Positions 49,296 through 60,100 of a stretch of DNA of 64,000 nucleotides are shown piece by piece. Position 1 is the first letter of the stretch. The number at the start of each line of letters is the position of its first letter. The notes under the pieces were generated by a model. That model was not told where the DNA came from and did not search any database. It worked only from the letters and a program-made list of their open reading frames with translations. The stretch lies in NCBI GenBank assembly GCA_963702845.1, contig OY969763.1, positions 160,001 to 224,000 of the forward strand, in the 5' to 3' direction. The position numbers and the translations under genes were made by a program. The stretch is from an uncultured Verrucomicrobiae bacterium. GTDB taxonomy: Bacteria > Verrucomicrobiota > Verrucomicrobiia > Limisphaerales > Palsa-1400.

Positions 49296-50093
49296 ATGAA
49301 AAAGCGTATTGGGTCCAGAGGGGCGATCGCGCAGTCCGTAATTGCCGCTGCGCGACGCCCGGCGGTTGCGTCGGTTAAAGCTGCGTTCACGTTGATCGAG
49401 TTGTTGGTGGTTATTGCCATCATTGCGATCCTTGCGTCCATGTTGTTGCCAGCGCTGTCGAAGGCAAAAGCGAAGGGATTGCAAACGCAATGCATCAGCA
49501 ATAACAAACAAATGGCCCTGTCGTTTCAGATGTGGGCCGATGACAACAACGACGGCAAATACCCATGGAACCCTGGACGCGGCCAGGTCGGCGGCGCTGA
49601 TCCAAAGCAACTACGAACAAACTGGGTCGTGATACAGCATTATCTGAATAACCCAAAGGTGTTGACGTGCCCAGCGGATACAAAACGTTCGCCAATTCGC
49701 AGTTGGGTCGATTTCGGGGTTGTATTGGAGTTTCGAACCAACCTTAGTTACACCTTCTGTCTTGATTCAATGCCGAGCCGTCCGGGGGCTCTCCTGACCG
49801 CCGATAACTACTTTTCGAGCGATTATCCCGCCAACAAAACCCTCGCGTTGCCGGACAATGCCGCTAGTGGTTCTGATCATACATTCAATCGCCCGCTCTA
49901 CATTCGACGTGGTTGGTGGGCCAACGTCCGACACATGAATATCGGGGTTGCGAGCTTTTGTGACGGCAGCGCTCGCTCGCTCAAGTCAGAAAAACTGCAG
50001 GAGGCATTCCTCTTCATGTTTGATCATTATCTCACTGACCCGGCGGATAAGTTGACGTTTAAGTTCCCGCAATACACCCCCGTCCCATACTGA
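49296..50093 (+). CDS. Prepilin-type N-terminal cleavage/methylation protein with an H-X9-DG motif
   Basis: 'AFTLIELLVVIAIIAILASMLLPAL' and 'RHMNIGVASFCDG'. Confidence 0.93.
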   Translation: MKKRIGSRGAIAQSVIAAARRPAVASVKAAFTLIELLVVIAIIAILASMLLPALSKAKAKGLQTQCISNNKQMALSFQMWADDNNDGKYPWNPGRGQVGGADPKQLRTNWVVIQHYLNNPKVLTCPADTKRSPIRSWVDFGVVLEFRTNLSYTFCLDSMPSRPGALLTADNYFSSDYPANKTLALPDNAASGSDHTFNRPLYIRRGWWANVRHMNIGVASFCDGSARSLKSEKLQEAFLFMFDHYLTDPADKLTFKFPQYTPVPY

Positions 50094-50601
50094 CCACTTG
50101 AGGTTATCGGGGTTTCGGGACCGAGCTGAAACGTTGTTGGTCAGCGCGAAACAATCGTTCGTCATCTTCGGTCGTTTCGTTTATTTGGGATTCACGCGAC
50201 CTGCTAATCGCGTTTTTTTGCCCTGTCGCCCGCCAGGTATTTGTCGCAAATCGAGTTTTCAGGACTGCGAAGCATTGCAAAACCGCTGATTTGAGAATCT
50301 TTTTCTCAACTGCGTTTTCCTCGGTTTTACGAGGGAAAACCGGGTGATCTAAGCTTTTTCCGTAATGTGGCATGAGATTTTCTATTGCAATGAATCGACT
50401 CTATGTCATATAACCGCCCTCGTAATAACCGAAGCGATGAGGATTGTATAAGTTACAATCGTTGTCATGGGACCGAATCGACGAGACACGATTTGGCCAA
50501 GTTACAAACGCTCCGCAGTCCCTGCGGAGCAGAAAGGAGTGTTCGTCCAGGCCCCGAGCATCGGTTCAAGGAGTGTTTTAATTTTTGTTTATTAGTGACG
50601 T

Positions 50602-51291
50602 ATGCCTATTCGCATTAATTTGCTAGCAGAGGCGCAAGCCACTGAAGATCTGCGTCGCCGTGACCCGGTAAAGCGGGGTCTATGGATTGGGGGCTTCCTC
50701 GTTTGTGTGGTTCTTCTCTGGTGCGGCAAACTTCAAATCGACATCTGGCGTGAAGGTATTACTCGAACTCGTCTTGAACGCGATTGGACGAGCAAGGAAC
50801 CTAAATTCAAGGTGCTGCTCGCGACGCAGGAGAGAGCGGATCGTCTTCAGGCGCTGATGGACGGACTGGATCGTTACTCGACCAACCGCTTTTTGTGGGC
50901 AAACGCGCTAAACGCCATCCAGCACAGCACGATTGAAGACATTCAGGTAACACGAATTCGTGGAGATCAGACATACGACATCGTTCGTGCCGAGAATTTG
51001 ACCAACAGCACGCCAAACGGTCCCGCGATCACGCACAAGCCTGGAATTTCCACCGAGCATATCCGGGTCGTGGTGGATGCCCGCGATTTCAACAACCAGA
51101 ACCAGACCTGGACGAAGTACAAAGAGTCGCTGGCTAAAAACGCTTATTTCAAACGCCACCTGAAGCGCGGCGAGGGATTCGTGCTTGACGGTACGCAAGG
51201 TGCCCCTGGCCGCGATCCGCTGGATCCATTACGCGAATTTGTGTCGTTCAGTTTGGTGACACATCTGCCGGAGGTGAAGCGCTATGAATAA
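50602..51291 (+). CDS. PilN-like protein
   Basis: 'MPIRINLL', then a TM segment and coiled coil; first gene of a secretin operon. Confidence 0.65.
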   Translation: MPIRINLLAEAQATEDLRRRDPVKRGLWIGGFLVCVVLLWCGKLQIDIWREGITRTRLERDWTSKEPKFKVLLATQERADRLQALMDGLDRYSTNRFLWANALNAIQHSTIEDIQVTRIRGDQTYDIVRAENLTNSTPNGPAITHKPGISTEHIRVVVDARDFNNQNQTWTKYKESLAKNAYFKRHLKRGEGFVLDGTQGAPGRDPLDPLREFVSFSLVTHLPEVKRYE

Positions 51292-51889
51292 CCTTCCAAA
51301 AGCGAAACGCGATCAATTGATTATAATCGTGGTGTTCACGCTGGCGATTATGGGAGCGCTAATATTTTTCGTAGTCGATGCGCAGAATGCGGAACTGAAG
51401 CGGACAAAATCGAAGACTGACACGGTGCGGGAGAAGCTGCTTCGGGCGGACAAACTGTCGCGAACGGAATCGGATCTCCAGGTCAGGTTCCAAAAGGTAT
51501 CAAAAGAGTTGTCGTCGCAAGAAGTATTGTTGGCCCCGGACCACGACACATATGCATGGCTGTTGCAGACTCTGACGCAGTTCCTCTCGGTGCATCGAGG
51601 TGCTGGAGTTACGCCGGCCGGTATCAGCCAGCCGGATATCGGTGAAGCTACGATGATTCCCAAGTTTGCTTATAAAGCCGCCACGTTCCACGTGAAGGGC
51701 AATGGCCACTTCCATGACGTGGGACGGTTTATCGCCGATCTCGAAACCGATTTCCCATATCTGCGCGTGCAGAACATTGAACTGTCGCGAGCCTCAGCTA
51801 CGTCGTCAGGCGGCGATATCGAGCTGCTGGGTGCTTCGTTTGACCTGGTGATGCTGATGCAACCCACAACTCCGATCGAAAACCGATGA
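51284..51889 (+). CDS. PilO/GspM-like protein
   Basis: TM segment, coiled coil and 'GHFHDVGRFIADLE'. Confidence 0.72.
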   Translation: MNNLPKAKRDQLIIIVVFTLAIMGALIFFVVDAQNAELKRTKSKTDTVREKLLRADKLSRTESDLQVRFQKVSKELSSQEVLLAPDHDTYAWLLQTLTQFLSVHRGAGVTPAGISQPDIGEATMIPKFAYKAATFHVKGNGHFHDVGRFIADLETDFPYLRVQNIELSRASATSSGGDIELLGASFDLVMLMQPTTPIENR

Positions 51890-52413
51890 GCACGCCAATA
51901 CAATTTAAAGGCCATTTGGTCGGGTTAGTTTCGATAGCGGCGTTGTTTGTTACGACTGCGTTGATCGTCAGCGGTTGTGGTAATGCCCCGACAGGGGCGG
52001 CGCAGACTAAAAAAGGCGATGACAAGGCGAAAGTTTCGCAAAGTTCCACCAACGAGCTGGCGATGGAAACGAAAGCCGAGTTCGATGACGATTTGAAGAC
52101 GACGAAGGACCCATTTTTCCCAAATTCGAAACGTCGATACGGCAAAGCCGCGAATGGCAAGACAGTTGCTCAGCTACCGAGAGTGGCTGACCTCCGGTTG
52201 TACGGTGTGATCGGGTCGCCCGGCAAGTATATCGCCATGATTAACGACAAAACATTTGCAGAAGGGGACAAAACTCAGGTCTCAGTGGGATCCAACCAAT
52301 ACTTCGTAGTCAAGGTCAACCAAATCACCGCCAAATCCGTAACCATTAAGGTTGATGGTGAAGCAGCTCCACGCGACCTACAGTTGGACGCGGCGCAGGA
52401 GGCAAAGAAGTGA
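51886..52413 (+). CDS. PilP/GspC-like lipoprotein
   Basis: Lipobox-like 'VSGC'; 'KDPFFP', 'LRLYGVIG...AMIND..FAEGD'. Confidence 0.65.
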   Translation: MSTPIQFKGHLVGLVSIAALFVTTALIVSGCGNAPTGAAQTKKGDDKAKVSQSSTNELAMETKAEFDDDLKTTKDPFFPNSKRRYGKAANGKTVAQLPRVADLRLYGVIGSPGKYIAMINDKTFAEGDKTQVSVGSNQYFVVKVNQITAKSVTIKVDGEAAPRDLQLDAAQEAKK

Positions 52414-54133
52414 ACACCGGAAACACGAACGAACGTCAGTTGAGAATTGCAGATAAGCCTATGAAAATCAAAATGTCCCTCATTCTCGTCGTTGCACTTG
52501 CCGCAAGTGGCATTTGCCGCGCCGAAGTCCAGGACGCCGCCAAAACTAAAGCCGCCCCCGCTGGTGGCATGAAGGCGGTGGCCAACGCGGCGCCCGAAGA
52601 GATCGCCGCCGTCATCGAGTTTAATTCCGACACTACCTTGCCTCAGGCGGTTCAGACGCTGGCGCGCTCAGCCGGAATCAATATTCAATTTGACCCGGTG
52701 CTAATCAACGCCACAAAACCGGACGGCACGCCAATGCCGGCCCCGGTCGTCAATGCCGTGCGTTGGGAGAACATCACGCCCAAACAGGCGTTGAACGCGC
52801 TGCTTGATAACTACAACTGGCGTTTGGTGCAGGACGTCAATACCGGCATCTCGCGGGTGACACGCAAGGACACGAACTCCGAGCCAATGATCACCACGGT
52901 TGTGCAATTGAGCTACGCCAGCCCGACGAACATTGCTCATGCCGTTACGAACACGCTGTCTAAAACCAGCCGAATCATTCCCGACCTTCGCACCAGCCAA
53001 ATTATCGTTCTCACTCAGGAGAAGGAACTCGAAGGGTTGATTGCGCTGATCAAGAAACTGGACCGCCCAACAAAACAGGTGTTGATCGAAGCCAAGATCA
53101 TGGAAACGGTTCGCAACCCGTCGATCGATCAAAGGAATCAATTGGACGGATACACTTGCCGGGCAAAACTTCACTTTCGGAAATGGAGTTACAACCGGGA
53201 CAGTCAACTCAACGCAGACGACGGGAAGCGGCGGCACAGGTGCTGGCACAACCACGCCGAACGCGGGACACTTCCTATCGGGCGGCGACGGGCTGGCGGG
53301 CGGTTTGACGAACGTCACCCAGCTGATCACGTCAGTTGGCAACGGTGGACTCAGCGTGAACACGGCTCGTGGGTTTAGCCCGGCGACAGCGTTCCTGAAT
53401 GCGGACGGAGTTCATGCCGTGCTCTCGTTCCTGAATTCGGATTCGGACACGAAGTCTCTCGCCTGGCCGCGCACTGTTTCGCTGGATGGCGTCCCGACCG
53501 AACTGTCGGTCGTTCGCAACGTCCCGATTTTCGAACAGGACCAAAGCGGCGCCACCGGTAGCACTGGTCCCGTCGCCACTGCCAAGCCCATTTACGATAA
53601 AAAAGTCGGCAATACCCTGCTCAGCGAAGTGGGTATCAAACTCGCACGTTATTCCGCGCATCGTTGGTATGACCAACGTCTTGTTGGAAGTTGTGCCGGA
53701 AATCTCCGCCCAAGAAGCGCAGCCTGCAGTTCAGACCCTTAACGGTTAGACCTATACTGCGCCTGTTTTCTCGCGTCGCAAGATCACGACTCAGGCGACT
53801 GTCCCGAGCGGCTACACGCTGGTGCTCGGCGGTTTGGACAACGACAACACATCGAAGATCAACACCAAGGTGCCGATCCTCGGCGATATTCCTGGTCTTG
53901 GCATGTTGTTCCGCAGCGATTCGAAGCAACGGACGAAGCAGAACCTACTTATCTTCGTGACGCCAACAATCGTGGAAGACGGCGATTATCAACGCACGCC
54001 GACAGATTTCCTGAAGACGAAGTTTGCTCCGATACCGGAGAAGGATGAGACGGCCTGGGACAGTGCTCAGCCCTATGACTGGACCAAACCAAATAATCCT
54101 GATGAGCCTTGCAAGAGCCCGAAGGCCCAATAA
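52410..54133 (+). CDS. Secretin (PilQ/GspD family); interrupted by apparent frameshifts and a stop
   Basis: 'KLDRPTKQVLIEAKIME' and 'VLGGL...KVPILGDIPGLGMLFRS...NLLIFVTPTIV' are spread over several frames. Confidence 0.88.
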
Positions 54134-54157
54134 CGCGAACAAACGAACAAGCAACCT

Positions 54158-57100
54158 ATGCAACTAACGCGAATTAAATCCGCAAGCATAGCGAGGCACA
54201 TTATGAATAAAACAATTCGCCCGTTCGCGCCGGTGGCGGCCCTTTCGGTGGCATTGCTCTCCTTCGCACTGGCCGCCGTCGCCGACGTGGACGTGCAGAC
54301 GCTCGGTGGCGGTCGCTTGACCCAGGGCGGTCACGATTACGGTAATGCCAATGGAAATACCTACACCCAGGCGCAGTTTAATACGCCATGGGCAACAGCG
54401 CTTGATTCGTCCGGCACCATGTATATGGCCGATCGCTTGAATAATACGATCCGCCAGATTTCAAAGGTTGGCGATTTGCAGAACAGCCAGACCACCAACT
54501 ACATTAACGGTTTGATTTTGAACGCGCCGATCGGCGTCGTTGTAGATGGCAGCGACAATCTTTACGTTCTGACCAGCGACAACGTTGTTCGCAAATACAA
54601 CCAGTTCAAAAACCTGGTCGCTTCGAATTATCTCGGCAACGTGTCGGGACCGAGCGCGATGACGCTCGCGCCTAATGGCACAAGCCTTTATATCTGCTAC
54701 ACCAGCGGCTGCATTTTCGAGGTTTTCCAAAATGGAACCACGCGCCTGGTGCTAAGTAACTGCGGAACGATGCGCGGTATCGGCGTGTTGCCGAGTGGTG
54801 AAATCGTGGTCAGCCTCGGAAACAGCTCGTCGTTTACAAACGCGATCATTGTTTGCTCCGCTAACAGTCCTGACCCGGCAAATCCGGTGATTCGGTTGTT
54901 AGCCGGCAATAACGGCACGGGATTTGTTGATGGCACGGCTGGTTTCGCGAAGTTCAATGGTCCGCATGGTTTGGCCGTGACGGTCGATGGCAAAGTTATT
55001 GTCGCTGATCGCTACAACAACCGTGTTCGCATCGTTGACGGCGCCGGCACCACGACGACGCTTTACGGCATCGACCCAGCGAATTGGAATAGCTCCTATT
55101 TCCCCGGATGGGTGGATGGCAGTCAAACTGACGCTGCATCACGCGAGCCGGTGAGCGTTTGCATTTCGACAAACGGCTTGGTGTTTACAACAGAAGTCTA
55201 TTACCACCTCTTACGTGAAGTTACTGGCAGTGGGCTGACCACAGGCACTACTGGCGGTGGAACCAACATTGTCCCAGTGACGGTGCTGCCACCAACGTTT
55301 ACTCCGAGTTGCGGCTACTATCCGCAATGCCAAACCATCACGGTCAATACCTCCGGCGGCAACGTGTATTACACCACCGATGGCTCTGAACCGACGACCA
55401 ACAGTTTTTTTGTCGCGACGCCCAACAACGTCGGCACGTTTAACTGGTGCAACTCAACTAACAGCCTGACCAGTCTGCGCATGAAGTCGTTTGTTGGACC
55501 GAATTCGAGCACGACAGTCGCGGGCGGCGCTTGTGGCGACAACGAAATTGGATTCACGAAAGACGTGAACGCCGGTGTTGGCTCGACGGTGGTTGTTCCC
55601 GTTGTGGTTTCGTTGCAAACGAGCGGAGTGCTGAAGTCGCTGCAATTCCGCGTTGAAGTAAATTCTGCGAATGGCACGCCGGACGCGGTGACAGAATTCG
55701 AAGGGTTGTCGGTTGGTGCGAACGACTTCATTTCAGTTGTCGGACCCACAAATGCAACAATTACGAGCTACTCTTACACGAACGCAAGCAACGGCCGAGG
55801 GCTAGTGGTGTCGGCGACTGGGACAAGCGGCTTCAATGTGAAAAACTATGGCGTGGTGGCGATGTTGAAGATCACCATCCCGACCACATGCACGGTCGGA
55901 CAATCGTATTCCTTGAGCATTCTCTACCCGTCGGCGACATCCGATGGCATGCAGGCAGACGTTCCAATGACGACCATGCCGGCGCGCAGTCTCAATATTC
56001 AAACGATTCAGTACTTGGCGGGCGATTCGTCACCTGGGCGTTGGTATAACGCCGGTGATTTTGGCGACTCAGTTCTCACGAGCTCAGACGTTAACAATGC
56101 GCTTTATGCCTCTATGGGTATTCGTAAGCCATGGGAATTCACTGATGCCTTCCAAGCAATGGATACATACCCGGAAACATCTACCCAAATTGGTGACGGC
56201 CGTATTAGATTGCTGGATTGGCAGACGATTCTGTTCCGTTCTGTCGGACTCACTAATGATAACTGGTTGCGTTACTGGGACACGACCGGCGACTTGGCGC
56301 ACGTCCCGACATCCCAGACGGTTACGCCGCATGGTGTGACTCCTCGATTCGTTGCTGCTCCTGGCACGATTTGGTTGCGTCAGGCGGTGATCGGATCAGC
56401 CGTTGCTGCAAATCAGCTTCCGGGCAACGTATGCTCGTTGCCGGTGTATGCAAAAGTCGGAACCGGTTTCAGCCTGGCTGGCTTGCAGTTCCGCGCGACG
56501 CTGCTACCCGAAGGTAATGCTCCGACACCAGGCGCAATAACCTTCACGCCGGCACCGAATATTACAGGTGGCCAGGTGTTGCCGGGGCTCTCCGCAAACG
56601 ACATCGTTTGCGCATGGTCGCTCGGCACGTTGGCTTCGCCGTTGCAGAACAGCAACCTGATCGGCCAAATCACCTTCACCGTACCGGGCGCAGCGCAAGT
56701 GGGACAGCACTATACTTTGCGGTTCTCTTATGTCGATGGCGCCCCCGATATTAATACCCAGTATGATTTGGAGAGTTTCCCCGGTTCAGCTTGGGTGATG
56801 TCCGCGGCTATATCTGCGCCGTCATCCACCTCCGATGAATGGAAGATTAACTTCTTTGGCAGCCTGACCAACGCGCTGGCTGCTGACAATGTTGATGCCG
56901 ATAACGACGGCGTCCCCAACTGGAAAGAATACCGGGCCGGCACAAATCCGAACGACGTGGGTTCGTTCCTCCATTTCACTTCAGCGATTTCTGCTACCGG
57001 TGCCACCACGCTGACGTGGCTAAGCGCCCCGAATAAAACGTATATCATTGAAGGTGCTTCATTAATCAACGCAACAACCTGGACCACTGTCAGCAGTGTT

Positions 57101-57181
57101 GTGGGTGATGGCAACGTGAAACAGGTTACTGAACCCAACACTGGCACAGTCCAATTCTATCGTATCCGCCTGCAACCATGA
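54158..57181 (+). CDS. Secreted NHL-repeat protein with Fn3-associated, cohesin-like and dockerin-like domains
   Basis: 'AQFNTP...YMADRLNNTIR', 'YYTTDGSEP', 'GDFGDSVLTSSDV...GDGRIRLLD'; C-terminus 'EYRAGTNPND...FYRIRLQP'. Confidence 0.8.
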   Translation: MQLTRIKSASIARHIMNKTIRPFAPVAALSVALLSFALAAVADVDVQTLGGGRLTQGGHDYGNANGNTYTQAQFNTPWATALDSSGTMYMADRLNNTIRQISKVGDLQNSQTTNYINGLILNAPIGVVVDGSDNLYVLTSDNVVRKYNQFKNLVASNYLGNVSGPSAMTLAPNGTSLYICYTSGCIFEVFQNGTTRLVLSNCGTMRGIGVLPSGEIVVSLGNSSSFTNAIIVCSANSPDPANPVIRLLAGNNGTGFVDGTAGFAKFNGPHGLAVTVDGKVIVADRYNNRVRIVDGAGTTTTLYGIDPANWNSSYFPGWVDGSQTDAASREPVSVCISTNGLVFTTEVYYHLLREVTGSGLTTGTTGGGTNIVPVTVLPPTFTPSCGYYPQCQTITVNTSGGNVYYTTDGSEPTTNSFFVATPNNVGTFNWCNSTNSLTSLRMKSFVGPNSSTTVAGGACGDNEIGFTKDVNAGVGSTVVVPVVVSLQTSGVLKSLQFRVEVNSANGTPDAVTEFEGLSVGANDFISVVGPTNATITSYSYTNASNGRGLVVSATGTSGFNVKNYGVVAMLKITIPTTCTVGQSYSLSILYPSATSDGMQADVPMTTMPARSLNIQTIQYLAGDSSPGRWYNAGDFGDSVLTSSDVNNALYASMGIRKPWEFTDAFQAMDTYPETSTQIGDGRIRLLDWQTILFRSVGLTNDNWLRYWDTTGDLAHVPTSQTVTPHGVTPRFVAAPGTIWLRQAVIGSAVAANQLPGNVCSLPVYAKVGTGFSLAGLQFRATLLPEGNAPTPGAITFTPAPNITGGQVLPGLSANDIVCAWSLGTLASPLQNSNLIGQITFTVPGAAQVGQHYTLRFSYVDGAPDINTQYDLESFPGSAWVMSAAISAPSSTSDEWKINFFGSLTNALAADNVDADNDGVPNWKEYRAGTNPNDVGSFLHFTSAISATGATTLTWLSAPNKTYIIEGASLINATTWTTVSSVVGDGNVKQVTEPNTGTVQFYRIRLQP

Positions 57182-60100
57182 GTACGCACCTGGAAAAAAA
57201 TCTATTGAAAGTGAAAATGAATACGCGTCTCACCACCCTCGCCCTCGGACTAGTCCTGTCGGTTTCGACATCTTTGCACGCGCAAAATGTCGCCACGGTT
57301 ATCTCGTCCAACTTGTTTGAACCGAACAGCGTTGCCGTTGATGCCAACAACATCGCGTATCTGACCGACGGTGCGAACAATCGTATTATGAAATACGACC
57401 CATCCACCGCTGCTGCTACGCTGTTGGCGGGAAATATCGCCGCTAACGGTACCAATAACGGCTTAGGCGCTTCTGCCCGATTTTTTCAGCCGGCCGGAAT
57501 TGTTTACGCCCGAGGCGGGCTCGTGGTTGCAGATTCAGGCAATCAACTGCTGCGCTTCGTCACCTTGAATGGTGTAGTCAGTAACCTTGCTGGTGTTTAC
57601 AGCAGCTCTGGTGGCTATGTCGAGGGTGCGGCGAATTCAGCTCAATTCAGCTTTCCGCTGGGGCTCGCTACCGATGCGAATGGAAATATCTACATTGCAG
57701 ATTCGGGCAACAATGCAATTCGCGTGCTCGATACAAACAACGTTGTCTCTACGTATAAAACTGGGTTCTACCAACCGTCTGCCGTTGCGGTGGGTGATAA
57801 TGGTGATCTCTGGGTGGCGGACACTCGCAATGACATGATCGTTAGGGTGGACTCGAATAAAGTGGCTACGGTGATGGCTGGCGCAAAGAAGGTTGTGGGG
57901 ACGGACGATGGGCTCCCCTCGACGGATGCGCGTCTGAATTTGCCAAGTGGATTGTTGTGGGTAAACACGGCAACGGGGCTTCTGATTTCTGACACAGGTA
58001 ACAATACGATCCGCCGTCTTTATTATGATAACGCTGCGCAAGCGTGGTCGCTGCAAACGGTTGCGGGACAAGCCGGCCAGGCGGGTGAGCTCGATGGCAA
58101 TCCTAACACCGCCAAATTCAATGCGCCACTCGGCCTTACCTTCGACGTTCAGGACAGCGGGTTTTATATAGTTGACAACTCTGGCAATGCGCTGCGTCGC
58201 TTGCAGACAAGCGCGCCGCAGCCGGCCGTTTCCGATCCAGCTTTGGGATGGGTTGATTTCCCGCCGAATAACTTAGGAGAGAGGCTTTCGGTGTTTAAAA
58301 CCGTGGTTCAAAGTGTCTTCAACAATGATGTCATCATTGCGGTCAAGACTGAAACTGGTGTGAAAACGTACATTACTTCGGGTCCGACGCCAACCAACGC
58401 GTTTGTTGATACGATCCCAACTCCCGGTCCAATTACCGGAACGACGCCCCCAACGTACATTGGCGATAATCTTCCGGCATCAGAATGCGCGCCGACGATT
58501 GTTGGACCATTGCCGGATCTGACCATCAAAGCTATCTGTATGGCTGATGGTCGGCGCCCTAGCTCTGTCGTTAGTGCGCGATATCAGTTCCAGGTCGGAA
58601 ACCCGGTCATCTATGGAACAAATGGCTATTTTCTGCAACTTTCGAACATCACTTCGGGTGCAATGATGTATTACACTATCGATGGAAGCGACCCGACGAA
58701 CGATCCGACGGTAAGCCTCGGGCCCGTTGCGAACGGGGACTTTATTACGCTACCTTTTCCCACCAACAGCTTCGTGCTGAAGGTTCGCGGGTATAAGAAT
58801 AACTATGTTTCGAGCGGAGTGGTCGGCCAAACGCTCTCTCCGACGAACTTCATCGCCAACAACTTGACCTTTGGTTTCGGTTCGGGTGAAGCCTCCAGTC
58901 AGTTCATTGCTGCCGCCGGCCAACGTTTTTATGCGCCGGTCACGTTAACTCTCTTGGGCGGTCAGAAAATGTATTCACTGCAATTCAATGCCACGGTGAC
59001 CAACCTGACCGGGCCAGCGGTCGGCACAACGTTTGACTTTCGATCGTTTTTGGAAAAGCCAACATCCAACGGAGTATTCACTATTATACCTCCGGCGATG
59101 TTTGACGGGACCAGTGTTTCAGGCATGGTTTTCACCAACACGAGCGAAAACCTGCTTGGTGTCGGCTGGTTTGAACGCTTTACGCAGACGAACCTTTATA
59201 ACAGCCAAAGCCAAGACTTGATTACCTACTCCCAGCCGCACGATACGCAGTTTCTCAGCGCAAAAGGAAAAGTGGTGCTCGGTGGCTATTCGTTCGTCGT
59301 CCCGACATCAGCAGCAATGGGCCAAACCTACCAAATTCAGCTCGACCGACCGTCGGCGAGCGCTAATGGTATCAACCAGTCTGCGATTATTCTTGCCCCT
59401 ACAAACGGTGCAATAAAGACGGTAACTGTTGGGTCGATCCCTTATGTTGTTGGAAGCGTCGCACCCTTCCAATGGTTCAACGCCGGTGATTTCGGTGACG
59501 GTACCATCAACAACGTCGATGTGCTCCAGGTATTTCAATCAGCGGTTTATGGTTTCAACAGCCCTCCGCCTGGAAGCGACTTCTTTGACGCGATGGATTC
59601 TTCGAATGGCGGCAGCAGTTCGCTGGACGGCGATGACACGCTAATAAATAATATCATGACGGGCGACCAACAACTACAAGTAGATGATATTTACGTTACG
59701 TTCCGCCGCTCTTTAGATCCTTCACTGACTTGGTATGCCCGATATTGGTCGAACGGCGTTCTCAATGTGGTACCTGTGGCTAACATCGGCACCGGCAGCA
59801 TGTCCGCAAGCTCTAAGCAAGCTGTCGCGCCAAAGATTTCGTCGTCACCCCGATGGGCAAACGTTGCTCCGGATGATATTCAAGCGCCAGCTGGTTCGAC
59901 GGTACAAATCCCCGTTCGCGCTTCAATTGCTGGCAACCTGCCCATCCGCGTCATGGCTGTGAATATTGACGTGCAAGGTTTGGACGGTTCTCCGATTATC
60001 AACTCCCAGGTTTTGTTCGCTCCTGCGGCGGGTTTGGGCTCACCAACATTTAGCGCATCACAGGGTGCTGGCAATACGGCGGGTGCATGGCTGGACTCGA

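Noticed and set aside
50368..50383. Sigma54 promoter upstream of the pilN-like gene (TGGCATGAGATTTTCT)
   Set aside because: The -12 position reads TC rather than GC; too weak to call.
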